A stretch of 64,000 nucleotides of DNA from an uncultured archaeon (lineage in GTDB: Archaea > Asgardarchaeota > Thorarchaeia > Thorarchaeales > Thorarchaeaceae): assembly GCA_964558645.1 (NCBI GenBank), contig CAZLEV010000007.1:64001-128000 (forward strand), written 5' to 3'. Below the pieces are notes generated by a model. That model was not told the origin of the DNA, made no database searches, and saw only the letters and a program-made list of their open reading frames with translations. The position numbers were made by a program, and so were the translations under genes. Every line of letters begins with the position of its first letter. The first letter of the stretch is position 1. Below are positions 18,301-27,647 of the stretch, one piece after another.

Positions 18301-20087
18301 GAAGAAACCAGATAGAACCCATCTCTTGAGTTTTCGCTAGCACTGTTGTTCGTTGACGTGCTTGACCCAGAATTCTGTAGATAAAACCCATAGGAATTCT
18401 TGGAGGCTGTGTTGTTCGCAAGGATCACTGAGGTCGATTGCCGGAGATAGAATGCAGGCTCTGAGTTACTACCTGCGATGTTATCTTTCAGCGTGCACGA
18501 ACCAGAAGACCATATGTAGAACCCATGTGAATTGCTGGTGGCGGTATTATTCGTCAAGATGCTCAAATGTGACTGGTACAGATAGAACCCATCCCCTGAG
18601 TTATTGGTGGCGGTGTTGTTCGTTAGAGTACATGATTCCATTTCGGCCATTAAGTAGAACCCGTGCATTGAGTTATTGGTCGCAGTGTTGTTTGTCAGGA
18701 TGGCTGACCCAGAGGAATAGAATAAGAACCCGTCTCTTGAGTTATTGAAAGCTGTATTGCTCGTTAGGTTGCATGATGCCGAGCGGAGTATACGGAACGC
18801 CTGTTCCGTATTACTTGTGGCAGTGTTGTTCGTCAGGCTGCATGAGTCTGAAGCCTCGAGATAGAATCCATAGTAATTGCTAGTAGCGGTATTGTCAATC
18901 AGGGTGCAATGAGATGAATACCCTAATTGGATGCCCACGGATACCTTGTTGAAGACCCCGTTTCTGACAGTGACCTCTGAGCAGTTAACAAGAATGACCT
19001 GACCGTACTCTGACCCGTCAATGTCGCCGCTGGTTAGGTTCGCAAAGTATCCAAGTGGTTTGTCATTGACCGTGTTGTCTGACACATTGTGGAGCCATCC
19101 CGTGATATCACCATATCCTGTCAGGACCAAACCATTGCCAAGAAGCGTGTTGCCTCTCAGAATGCCTGTCGTTGAGTGTATAGAGATTCCATGATCTGAG
19201 TTATTGGCGACTGTATTATCAGCAAGGATGAAAGATGATGACGATTCGAGGAATACCCCATGCCCTGAGTTGCTGGAGGCCGTGTTATTCACCAGGGTGC
19301 ATGAGTCTGAATACTCCAGATGGAACCCATGACCCGAGTTGCTAACGGCCGTGTTATTTGCTAAACTGCATGATTGTAAAAAGAACAGGTAGAAACCACT
19401 TTCTGAGCTGCTGGAAGCAGTGTTGTCAGTCAGGGTGCAGCTGGATGAAGAATCCAGACGGAACCCATACCCTGGATTATTCGAGGCATTGTTGTTCGTA
19501 AGGATACAGGATCCAGACGAGAAAACACCAAACCCTAGGTAATTGCTGGTGGCTGTGTTATTTGTAAGTCTGCACAAGTCGGACGCCGCCACACGGAAAC
19601 CAGTACTTGAGTTGTTGATTACCGTGTTATTTGTCAGGATTGTACCTGGAGAATTCTCCACAGAGATGCCGTTACGGTGGTTCTCAACAATAGTTCCACT
19701 GATGGTACCGTAGGTTGCATTGTTGAGTAAGATTCCATCTTTCGAGGATTGCCCGTCAGAGGAGATGAAGCAGTCTGTGATCTCAAAGTATACTCTCGTG
19801 TTTGAGATATTGATACAGACCTCTGTAGAGGTGATGTTCAGGCCCTCAATCAAGTACGGGTCTGCCTTGGTCCCATTCCCGGCCCATTCCTGACTCGAAA
19901 AGTTAGCATCGGAGGTTATCACGATAGGGTCATGTTCCTCGTACGCGATCGCTTGTGTCTTGGACAGCTTGGGTGTCGCATCCAGGTCTACATCGTTCTC
20001 TAATCCTTCCGATGTATGCACAGGTGCAGAGGCAAAAACGAGCAGTAACGTCAGGAACCCCAATATCAGATATGAACTATTACTCAC
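15357..20087 (-). CDS. Large surface glycoprotein: right-handed beta-helix (NosD/CASH/PbH1 repeats) + 4 Ig-like repeats + Thr linker + TM
   Basis: Signal peptide; HDPIVITSDANF...GNGTKADPYLIEGLNI cap; dozens of 22-23 aa repeats (GFYL.SS.SC.LTNNTA..N); four YE.G.TGH.I.W repeats; poly-Thr; TM; RFKRKS tail. Confidence 0.9.
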   Translation of the reverse strand: MSNSSYLILGFLTLLLVFASAPVHTSEGLENDVDLDATPKLSKTQAIAYEEHDPIVITSDANFSSQEWAGNGTKADPYLIEGLNITSTEVCINISNTRVYFEITDCFISSDGQSSKDGILLNNATYGTISGTIVENHRNGISVENSPGTILTNNTVINNSSTGFRVAASDLCRLTNNTATSNYLGFGVFSSGSCILTNNNASNNPGYGFRLDSSSSCTLTDNTASSSSESGFYLFFLQSCSLANNTAVSNSGHGFHLEYSDSCTLVNNTASSNSGHGVFLESSSSFILADNTVANNSDHGISIHSTTGILRGNTLLGNGLVLTGYGDITGWLHNVSDNTVNDKPLGYFANLTSGDIDGSEYGQVILVNCSEVTVRNGVFNKVSVGIQLGYSSHCTLIDNTATSNYYGFYLEASDSCSLTNNTATSNTEQAFRILRSASCNLTSNTAFNNSRDGFLFYSSGSAILTNNTATNNSMHGFYLMAEMESCTLTNNTATNNSGDGFYLYQSHLSILTNNTATSNSHGFYIWSSGSCTLKDNIAGSNSEPAFYLRQSTSVILANNTASKNSYGFYLQNSGSSTSTNNSASENSRDGFYLVSSGSCMLINNTAKTNSECGLYLVSSGSCTLANNSAESNSEIGFYLSNSASCTLTNNNASKNSRDGFYLFDSESCTLTDNYARSNLDYGFRLESSAYGTLIGNTASSSSYSGFWLRDSGGSTLMNNTAMDNSGSGFYLNSSANCALTGNIASTNSEHGFCLNSSANSTLTDNTAYGNLGIGLLVYSSASSILTNNTAYGNLGIGLLVYSSGSSILTNNTAYGNSGIGLYVYLSELSTLTNNTAHGNSGYGFYLLKSNSCTLKHNNASDNSGDGFILSSSSNSALMNNTATSNSRHGFYLHHSDSCTLMNNTATSNLDYGFCLYYSSSCVLRNSTLVGNGVFIRGSTMFHWFHDIIGNMIDGRPLGYSANLTSGNIDGFQYAQIILVNCSGVTVRNGVFTNVPIGIQLAYSPHCNLTNNTATNSLFGFYLWFSESCTLTNNNASSNSYGFYLSSSWSCTLTNNTASNNSNVGFWLSSFSNSVLTNNTAMNNWQYGIYIDPGSSQNTVNYNRIWGNGVINARDDGSDNNWDDGESTGNCWGDYVGTGTYIIEGVAGSIDRYPVKCAGTPPIMDSPEDIDYEAGATGHSIAWSPYDTNPDRYEVYRNGILIDSDDWSGSEILVDVDNLSVGSYNYTIVVYDTSDNWVSDSVFVTVVDTTEPMIDNPEDMEYEAGTTGHIITWSPSDLYPDRYELHRNGSLIDEGDWDGSPILADVDGLDLGAYSYTLVVYDTSDNGNSDTVFVTVVDTASPTIDYPEDIGYEEGTTGHTITWSPSDLYPDRYELYRNGSLICSDDWTGTAIAVSVDGLTLGAYNYTIMVYDTSENWSSDTVFVSVVDTTPPTVDSPEDIQYEEGTSGHNITWSGSDLYPDRYELYVNGSLSYSDEWNGSEILVSVDGLTLGIYNYTLVVYDTSGNSNSDTVFVTVLSSTITTTTSTTTSSTTTTTTTTTATEPVMDPLLSLVLLIAGAGAAVVVLLLYVFRFKRKS
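17650..17787. repeat. Near-perfect 69-nt tandem duplication (one beta-helix turn) inside the surface-protein gene
   Basis: 17650-17718 and 17719-17787 differ at one base (GACCCC vs GACGCC). A more diverged copy lies at about 17581-17649. Confidence 0.9.
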
Positions 20088-20718
20088 GGCAAGAACTTCC
20101 CGAGCGCCTCAATCATCAGACTCGTAATAAGACTTGTCCGCCTCTGAGAACCCGGTGAGTGGAACAGATTGCTCTGATGCATGTCCAGTCCTGTGAAGGT
20201 CACCCCATGGATATGGCTCTTGCTTGGCTCAGGGTCGGCGTAGCAGTGCCTGCCTGTCGCCCGTGTCGTCGAAAGCCTATCAACCTCTGCCTTACTCCAT
20301 TTCAAAGAGTCTGCAGACACCATCACTATAAATCTTAGCACGGAATTCAGAATGCTCGAATGTGCGGCAACCAGTATTCATGACGAACAATTAGGCGGCC
20401 GAGACGAATTGCCCTCTCTCAAATGACGCAACAGTCATCAACGAACCACTTGAGTGAGATGGGATCAGAACATCGCAGAGGCCACTCTGATGAGCCGACG
20501 ATAGGTGGGTGATTGAAGATGGTAGTCTTCGAGTAGTTGCAGATTGCTTGAGGTAACTCAGCGGGACGCACGTTCGTGGGTCTTCACAGACTGGGCATTC
20601 TAGATTTCCTTGAATATGCGGATTGGTATTATTTGACAAGACGCCCGTGTATGCGAAACGGTTAAAGTTAGGCAGACTGTCGTCACACAACAGATACTTC
20701 CTGTTCGGAGAAAGAGGA

Positions 20719-22740
20719 ATGCCGATAATACTTGAGGACTCGGACCTTCGTCTCAATAGAGCCGTTACTTTCGAATGGTTATACACCAACGGCCTGGGAG
20801 GTTACGCGTCGTCAACCATTGTAGGTCTCAATACTAGAGGTTACCATGGCTTGCTGGTCTGTTCCTTGAATCCTCCGGTTGATAGATGGCTGACTCTATC
20901 ACGACTGGACGAAGTAGTGGTCACATCAGAAGGCGAATGCAATCTAAGCACTCAGCACACAGTTGATGGTGTGACACACAGGGGATACAGACAGCTGGCT
21001 GGATTCCAGCTCAATCCATTGCCCCAGATGAGCTACGCAACAGATTGTGTCAAGATGCAGAAGACTGTGTTCATGTCTTATCGCCGAAATGTCACCATCG
21101 TCAACTACGAGCTTGAAACAGGTGAGGAGACCGTCTTCACCGTCACCCCACTCCATACAGCACGCGATATCCACGCGAGGCCTCCTGTGATTGACTACTC
21201 ACCCGAGTATGAAGTGGTTGACAGGCATACCTACTACGCATTTGACGATAGATTCCATAGTCCCTGGGTGTTCGCATACTCTCCAGACGCCGAGTTCATG
21301 CCATCGACTCCTATCAGGATTACCGAGAACCAGGTATACAGGAAGGACAAGGCTCAGGGGATGCCGCATGAAGAACCCCTCTGGATTCCCGGTGTCTTCC
21401 ACAATGTCCTCGAACCCGGTTCGCATTTTCTGTCTTTCCTGTATGCTGCAGGCGGGTCGCGGGATGATTTGAACAGCCAGCTCGGGACACTCATGCAGGC
21501 GACAAGGAAGGACTTTGCGAAACTGAGGTTCGAAGAACTGAGACGTCGCAAGGTCTTGAATGATCGGGCATACTCGCTCTCCAAAAGGGAGAGAGATGAA
21601 GATGTGGAATGGCTTGTCTTCAATGCGGATTCATTCATTGTTGACCGTGTCACAACGAACTCGCGATCTGTTATTGCCGGCTACCACGAGTTGGCCGACA
21701 TCGGTCATGATGCGTTGCTCTCCTTGCCTGGACTGACCGTGGCTATTGGCAGGTTTCAGGATGCTCGAGAGATACTCCGAACCTACGCTCGGCATTCAAG
21801 ATATGGCCTAGTAGCCAATGACTTTCCAGACCATGGGATACAGCCCGAGTATGACAGTGTTGATGCGTCTCTGTGGTTCATCATGGCGGTCTGGCATTAT
21901 ATTCAGGCCACAAACGACCTTGAGTTCCTGCGCGGACTCATTTGGGACACAATGGAGAATATCATATCTTCTTTCAGAATAGGCACCAAGTACAATATTC
22001 ATGAAGACCATGACGGTCTGATCTGTTCAGGCATCGAGGGGGTTGAAGTCACTTGGATGAACGAGATGATAGAGGACTGGGTAGCAACTCCCAGGAACGG
22101 AAAGTGTGTCGAGGTGAACGCTCTCTGGTTCAATGCCCTCATGGCTCTGGGAGACATGGCTGAACTGAAAGGACGGGACCCCTATGAGTACCGTGCTGTT
22201 GCTTCATGGATAAAGGAGGCCTTCGTCCAGACCTTTTGGGATGAAGAACTCGGTTATCTGTATGATGTTGTGACTGATGAAGAGAAAGACGCATCGATAC
22301 GGCCCAATCAGATCTTTGCGTTGAGTCTGCCCTTTCCACTCCTAGAGGAAAAACAGGGTAAGGCGGTGTTCAGAACAGTCACCGAAGAGTTATTGACGCC
22401 TTATGGTCTCCGAACCCTATCTCCTAAGGACGCGAGGTTCGCTCGGGCTGTGACTGGTGGGCCTAGGAGCAGAGCAGGGGCAATCCATCAAGGAGCTGTA
22501 CATCCGTGGCTGATAGGTCCCTACATATCTGCATATCTTACACTCAACGGAAGAAGCGAGCTGAGCAGAAAGCACGCTGAAAGGAAGTTCTTCAGACCCG
22601 TTCTCAGCACCGTACGGAATGGCTGTCTGGGCACGATATCTGACGTCTATGATGGTTCGAAGCCACATAGAGACCGCGGTTGTGTATCCAGGGCTCGTAA
22701 TGTTGCAGAGCTGCTCCGTGTGTATTTTGAAGAGCTCTGA
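20719..22740 (+). CDS. Amylo-alpha-1,6-glucosidase / archaeal glycogen-debranching enzyme homolog with degenerate active site
   Basis: EWLYTNGLGGYASST...RGYHGLL (GDE_N); PRNGKCVEVNALWFNAL, RPNQ, TPYGLRTL (GDE_C). Catalytic motifs are altered (see findings). ATG 20719 follows GAGGA. Confidence 0.88.
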   Translation: MPIILEDSDLRLNRAVTFEWLYTNGLGGYASSTIVGLNTRGYHGLLVCSLNPPVDRWLTLSRLDEVVVTSEGECNLSTQHTVDGVTHRGYRQLAGFQLNPLPQMSYATDCVKMQKTVFMSYRRNVTIVNYELETGEETVFTVTPLHTARDIHARPPVIDYSPEYEVVDRHTYYAFDDRFHSPWVFAYSPDAEFMPSTPIRITENQVYRKDKAQGMPHEEPLWIPGVFHNVLEPGSHFLSFLYAAGGSRDDLNSQLGTLMQATRKDFAKLRFEELRRRKVLNDRAYSLSKRERDEDVEWLVFNADSFIVDRVTTNSRSVIAGYHELADIGHDALLSLPGLTVAIGRFQDAREILRTYARHSRYGLVANDFPDHGIQPEYDSVDASLWFIMAVWHYIQATNDLEFLRGLIWDTMENIISSFRIGTKYNIHEDHDGLICSGIEGVEVTWMNEMIEDWVATPRNGKCVEVNALWFNALMALGDMAELKGRDPYEYRAVASWIKEAFVQTFWDEELGYLYDVVTDEEKDASIRPNQIFALSLPFPLLEEKQGKAVFRTVTEELLTPYGLRTLSPKDARFARAVTGGPRSRAGAIHQGAVHPWLIGPYISAYLTLNGRSELSRKHAERKFFRPVLSTVRNGCLGTISDVYDGSKPHRDRGCVSRARNVAELLRVYFEEL

Positions 22741-22820
22741 TAACCGTCCGCCATAGCCACATCTCTATAAGACCGAGTTACGGGTCTGAAGACTCAGCCA
22801 GAGAGGAGCTGTATCGTGAG

Positions 22821-23813
22821 ATGGAAGTTATCGATGGAGTCTTCAGGATTGCGGTGCCTACTCCCTTTCCAGTGGGTCGCGTGAACGCATACCTCATCGC
22901 TGGCGATTCTGTGACGCTGATCGACTGTGGTCCGAATTCTGACAAGTCGCTGGTCGAACTCCTCCACGGGTTCGAGTTGGCGGGCATTGATGTGGCCTCT
23001 CTAGAACAGATTCTTCTTACCCATGGTCACATAGATCACACAGGTCTCGTGTCTGCAGTCTGCGATGAAGTGGAGAAACGCGGCGGCACACGGCCCAACG
23101 TCTGGCTTCACAAGAACGACCACCATAGAGTGATTGATCACGAGAAGTACATCCGCAGCCGGGTTCGTTCATATATTGAGATTGTTGAGAGAGGTGGAGC
23201 CCCGCAGGAGATTCTTGATCACATGCCTTACGATTCACTTGTCAGGCGGTTCATGGGGTTTGGCCGATCTATCCCTCATGCTTTTGCCCTGGGAGACGGA
23301 CAGGTCTTCGATTCAGCAGTGGGTCCGCTTACGTGCATGTGGGTCCCTGGCCATACACTTGGTTCAGTGTGCTTCATTGCTGAAGAACAGCAAGTCCTCT
23401 TCAGTGGAGACCATTTGCTCAGTGACATTAGTTCCAATCCGAGCCTGGACTTCGACAGGTCAAGCGACATCATGATGCTAAGATACTTGGATTCTCTGTC
23501 CGCCTTGGAGAGGTACGGGGATTACCTGGCTCTTCCGGGTCATAGGGCTGCCATCAGCAACACAAAATCCCGAATCAGTGAACTCCGCGCTGACATCTTT
23601 CACAAACTTGAGAGGATGGAGGAACTGCTCTCAGACAGTCGCCAGACAATCTACCAGCTGTCAAGAGGTATCTATGGGCAATACGGAATTGACCAGATTG
23701 TGCTGGCTCTTGCTGAGACGATGGACTTGGTGAGAGTGCTGGAGGCGAATCAGAAGACGATAATATCCGACATGGATGGAGTCATCACCGTCAGCAAGAG
23801 GTCAGCGTACTAG
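22821..23813 (+). CDS. Metallo-beta-lactamase-fold hydrolase
   Basis: LIDCG, LLTHGHIDH, PGHT, FSGDH, LPGH motifs. Confidence 0.9.
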   Translation: MEVIDGVFRIAVPTPFPVGRVNAYLIAGDSVTLIDCGPNSDKSLVELLHGFELAGIDVASLEQILLTHGHIDHTGLVSAVCDEVEKRGGTRPNVWLHKNDHHRVIDHEKYIRSRVRSYIEIVERGGAPQEILDHMPYDSLVRRFMGFGRSIPHAFALGDGQVFDSAVGPLTCMWVPGHTLGSVCFIAEEQQVLFSGDHLLSDISSNPSLDFDRSSDIMMLRYLDSLSALERYGDYLALPGHRAAISNTKSRISELRADIFHKLERMEELLSDSRQTIYQLSRGIYGQYGIDQIVLALAETMDLVRVLEANQKTIISDMDGVITVSKRSAY

Positions 23814-23912
23814 AAACACCATAGACTCTTAAGCAGTCATGTCTCTCTTTCAGGTGCAGTCACCCGTTTTCTTCCATCAGAGGGTACTAGGATGGTATCC
23901 ATGATGAATAAA

Positions 23913-24005
23913 CCAAGTAATACAACTCCCATTGGCTACAGCACGCCGGCAGACGCACCTCCAGTACCGACCGGCTATTCTTATGGAGTTGTCCTTGGCT
24001 GGAGG
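23913..24005 (+). promoter_or_regulatory. Putative structured 5' leader with anti-Shine-Dalgarno loop
   Basis: Nested complements CCAAG 23913-17/CTTGG 23994-98, ACAACTCC 23922-29/GGAGTTGT 23985-92 and GCCGG 23945-49/CCGGC 23971-75. Loop CCTCCAG 23958-64 is complementary to CTGGAGG 23999-24005 (SD). Confidence 0.5.
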
Positions 24006-24013
24006 AGCTAACA

Positions 24014-27000
24014 ATGAAACGAATGAATACAATTGCAATCATAACATTGCTCTTGTGCAGTATTGCCGCTTCTATGGCATTTGTTTCTGCACAAGATAGT
24101 GAAGCCCCTGAGCTGAATGTGTCATGGCAGGTCGTGAGTGAATCGTCCGATTTTGAACACACGTCGGAAAGGTCACAATGGATCTTTGGACCTCAACCAA
24201 CAGTTTGGCTCGGATACGCAGAAAACTTGACCAGCACAGAAGAGAATGCCTACAGGGTAGAAGTCGGGACACCTCTGCTCCTGAATATCACAATTCCGAA
24301 GACATTCTTGGGAGAAGGAGCTGAACTTGACGTAGTGCGGTTCTGGGGTGCGACTTACTTAGAAAGAAGCCCCGTCTTTGTTCTTGAGTACAACGCCACA
24401 GCTGATTCCTGGGCACTCCTCAGTCTGGACTATGAACCAGGTAGCGAAGAACCGTCTCATAGCGACTTCATCGCGCTTTATAGTGATGAGAGTGAATACT
24501 CAGAAACATCTGAGGACTATCAAGTAGTCTTCTCAATCGAGTTCTTGGAACTCGTTGTCGAAGCTATCTTCTGGACAGGCATGGAGACGTTAGATGACCA
24601 GGGCCGTGTTGTTTCGCCATCCTGGTTGGCACGACTCGAATCTGGCAGGTTTGAAACACCCCCTATCGGCTTGGGAGTTGAAGTCAATTTTGGTCGCTTT
24701 GCTCTACCCGAGTACTACTATGCCGACATCGTGGATGAAGCAGGTAATCTGCTCCATTATGTTGATTCACATGACAATTTCACTTTCCGTATGAGAGCCA
24801 ATGAGCCATTCGGCAGAATCGAGGTTCCATTTGCATTCTTGACTAACGACAGTGATTATGTGAGAAACTACACGTGGCGCATGCCTAAGGATATGTATGA
24901 CCGATTTGGTGGCTGGAGTGACTGGATCACCTACATGCCGCCTATGCTAGCTTATGTCTTCAATGGAACGCATGCTTATGGTGCTGTCTCGTATCTGGAT
25001 AACATCACTTGGACCTGGAGTTTCGCACTGAGCCAGTGGACAGTGGACTATGACTTGCTTATCAACGAGACCCTTGACCTCTCGGTCTTCTACTACCTGA
25101 AAAATACCAGCATAGAGCATGATGGCGCTTGGGTTTCATGGACAGGCTATTTCACTGAAGATGTAGACATGAATCCATGGGATCCAACCAAAAAGGGTGG
25201 TACTGTTACTCCTGACCCCTACTTCTGGACTGTCTTAGACACAGATGCCGAACCCATGCATGCCAGTGCAGAGATAGCTAACCACAACACGGTGCGTTTA
25301 GCTTACAAGGAGATGTTCATAGAGGCCTTCTTGCGGAAGGACGGCGAGATTGTTCGGAGGGCACAACAGGGTGAAACCCTGAATCTAACCATGCTGATTC
25401 ATTCCCCTGCGGCGTATATCAACGGCAGTTTCTATATCGAGGACAACAGTAATCCTGACATTGATGGATACCTTGTTCACATACATAGACACAATTTCTC
25501 AGTATGGATGACTGCCTCTGGGCGAGCTTCAAACTCAACACACTACTGGCGCCATCAGACAACGCATGCCCTGACCATGGACCTTGACCTCGATACCGCG
25601 TGGACTAATTCTACAACAACTAGATGGGTCTACACTAGTGACCACGTCTTCGTGGGTGAATTCTCAGATGAGAGCTCTACACTATTGACGGTCATAGACC
25701 ATCAGATCTCCATTGATGAAGGGCTTACTACGATCGAACTAGACTTCGTCTTCGAGGCAGAGGCACCATCGATGAAGATTGATGATGCAGGCATCGCCTC
25801 AGCCTACAGTTATGCGATTCAGGTCAACTATACAGACGACGGTGGTGCAACATGGAAGTTACATCCGCCCGAGGTAAACTGGACCCATCCGCATCTCTCT
25901 GGCGACACAATTCAGTTCCTGCACGATGAGATTCTATGGAGCCCAGCACATCTCCTACTCGGGGATGTCGAAGCGTGGGAACCCCAGAAGTGGACGATAA
26001 CAGAAGAAGGTGCCATAGACCTCGATGGGAACATCTTCACCACTGATGACCAGTATTTTGTCAAACGGACGGGGTACTGGCATGACCACGGAAATGTAAC
26101 CGTCGAAGGTATGCATGTCGGCATAAACCTGGACCCGTCTCCTGGCAACGATGGCGATGAGTTCATTTCCAATAGCTGGATGGGTGTGGCCTCAATGATT
26201 GTGGAGTTCGAGGCCAACGAAACGTTCTACTGGTATCGTGCATCGAACTTCACTTCAGTTGGGTCTGCCGAGATGCAGGACATCAAGGAGACCATGTATG
26301 CTGATATTGACCAAGAGATTGCTGTGCCAGGTTACGATTGGGTTGCGTGGCTCTCTAAGAATAGGACTGTCGATCTGACGGCAATCACGGGCTTAGATAG
26401 CAACTCATGGGAAACCACCTGGTTTGCTTGGGGCACTGAACAAGCATTCAGAGTAGCGACGAATGCAACCTCAACAACGTGGGCGGCTTTCAGAGCAGAA
26501 TACGCTGGACTGCTCGTATTCAATGATCTTGACCCCGACGGTGCAGGCCCTATGGAACCGAACGGTGCTCCTGATTTCTCGATTCAGGAAGGAAAAGTGG
26601 TCACGGATGAGGTGACCCATCTGGTCCTCATTGACAAGGTTGGCTCTGTAGAATTGCGTCGGCCCTTTGGAGCAACGAACGATACTGGAGATGTTAATGT
26701 TTCACCTGACGCCGAGGTCAACTTTGGAATCACAATAGCAGATGTTCAGGTCACACTCTATCCATTACAGGTGGAGAACTCGAATGGCCTGAGAGGACCT
26801 TGGGCCTTCCGAGAGTCCTTTGAGGGTGCAATGGGCCTAAACTCCACAGATTTCGACTACTGGATTACTCATGCTGACGTAGACGAAATGGCCTTCGATA
26901 TCACGTTCAGTGTAGAGATGGCCGAATACAATCCTGAGGATGAGAGCACCTGGAATCATGCCGCTGCATTCAAGGTTGACCAGAAGTTCGGGGACTGGGC

Positions 27001-27595
27001 TCTAGATGAATTCGGAAACGAAGTGCTAGAGGGCCGTTCTCTCGCAGTGAACTTCTTTGGTGTTCTTGCGACAGGTACACGCACCCGTTATCAAGCGGGC
27101 GGGAAGCCAGTGACTGACACCAACCAGGCTAGTGTAACCGCAGACTACTACCAGTACAACTCTGAGGACAGTCCCTTTGCTAATGTTTCGATGGGTGGCC
27201 TCCCCTATACTTGGGGTGGGGACAATCACGCCACAGTCTACACCTCCGGTTCATCGAGTGCTCCTATAGGTGCCTTCAGCTTGATGTACGAGTCAAGTTC
27301 TGGCACTAGTGTGACCAGGTGGCAGGTCGATGCCTCCATGCTGTTCATGACTGCAGGATACACCAATTGGGGTGGCCATGAGATCATATGCGATCCAGTG
27401 TTCGTTTCATACACGAGCGCTCATCAGACTCCTGCTGGCCCCACAACAACGCCCACTACGACAACCACCACCACAACCACTGCCACCACCACAACGACCG
27501 TCACTCCGACAGGAGTTCCGACGGACCTGTACATCATGATCGGTGGAATCGTCGTTGTGCTTGTCGTGATTGTGGTCTTGGTCAGGCGAAGATAG
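24014..27595 (+). CDS. Large acidic membrane-anchored cell-surface protein (S-layer/major envelope glycoprotein candidate)
   Basis: Signal peptide; 1193 aa rich in D/E/T/W with many sequons; Thr-rich linker, C-terminal TM and RRR tail; strong SD (GGAGGAG) and downstream hairpin. Confidence 0.75.
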   Translation: MKRMNTIAIITLLLCSIAASMAFVSAQDSEAPELNVSWQVVSESSDFEHTSERSQWIFGPQPTVWLGYAENLTSTEENAYRVEVGTPLLLNITIPKTFLGEGAELDVVRFWGATYLERSPVFVLEYNATADSWALLSLDYEPGSEEPSHSDFIALYSDESEYSETSEDYQVVFSIEFLELVVEAIFWTGMETLDDQGRVVSPSWLARLESGRFETPPIGLGVEVNFGRFALPEYYYADIVDEAGNLLHYVDSHDNFTFRMRANEPFGRIEVPFAFLTNDSDYVRNYTWRMPKDMYDRFGGWSDWITYMPPMLAYVFNGTHAYGAVSYLDNITWTWSFALSQWTVDYDLLINETLDLSVFYYLKNTSIEHDGAWVSWTGYFTEDVDMNPWDPTKKGGTVTPDPYFWTVLDTDAEPMHASAEIANHNTVRLAYKEMFIEAFLRKDGEIVRRAQQGETLNLTMLIHSPAAYINGSFYIEDNSNPDIDGYLVHIHRHNFSVWMTASGRASNSTHYWRHQTTHALTMDLDLDTAWTNSTTTRWVYTSDHVFVGEFSDESSTLLTVIDHQISIDEGLTTIELDFVFEAEAPSMKIDDAGIASAYSYAIQVNYTDDGGATWKLHPPEVNWTHPHLSGDTIQFLHDEILWSPAHLLLGDVEAWEPQKWTITEEGAIDLDGNIFTTDDQYFVKRTGYWHDHGNVTVEGMHVGINLDPSPGNDGDEFISNSWMGVASMIVEFEANETFYWYRASNFTSVGSAEMQDIKETMYADIDQEIAVPGYDWVAWLSKNRTVDLTAITGLDSNSWETTWFAWGTEQAFRVATNATSTTWAAFRAEYAGLLVFNDLDPDGAGPMEPNGAPDFSIQEGKVVTDEVTHLVLIDKVGSVELRRPFGATNDTGDVNVSPDAEVNFGITIADVQVTLYPLQVENSNGLRGPWAFRESFEGAMGLNSTDFDYWITHADVDEMAFDITFSVEMAEYNPEDESTWNHAAAFKVDQKFGDWALDEFGNEVLEGRSLAVNFFGVLATGTRTRYQAGGKPVTDTNQASVTADYYQYNSEDSPFANVSMGGLPYTWGGDNHATVYTSGSSSAPIGAFSLMYESSSGTSVTRWQVDASMLFMTAGYTNWGGHEIICDPVFVSYTSAHQTPAGPTTTPTTTTTTTTTATTTTTVTPTGVPTDLYIMIGGIVVVLVVIVVLVRRR

Positions 27596-27602
27596 TACAC
27601 AC

Positions 27603-27636
27603 GGGATGCTTCGGCGTCCCTTCTCCCTTTTTCTTG
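27603..27636 (+). terminator. Hairpin (cUUCGg tetraloop) followed by a pyrimidine/T tract
   Basis: GGGATGC-TTCG-GCGTCCC then TTCTCCCTTTTTCTT, between convergent genes. Confidence 0.7.
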
Positions 27637-27647
27637 ATTCCACTTGG

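Noticed and set aside
15470-19640. Periodic repeats as a CRISPR array
   Set aside because: The periods are multiples of 3, lie inside an intact ORF and encode beta-helix turns. There are no unique spacers between identical repeats and no cas genes.
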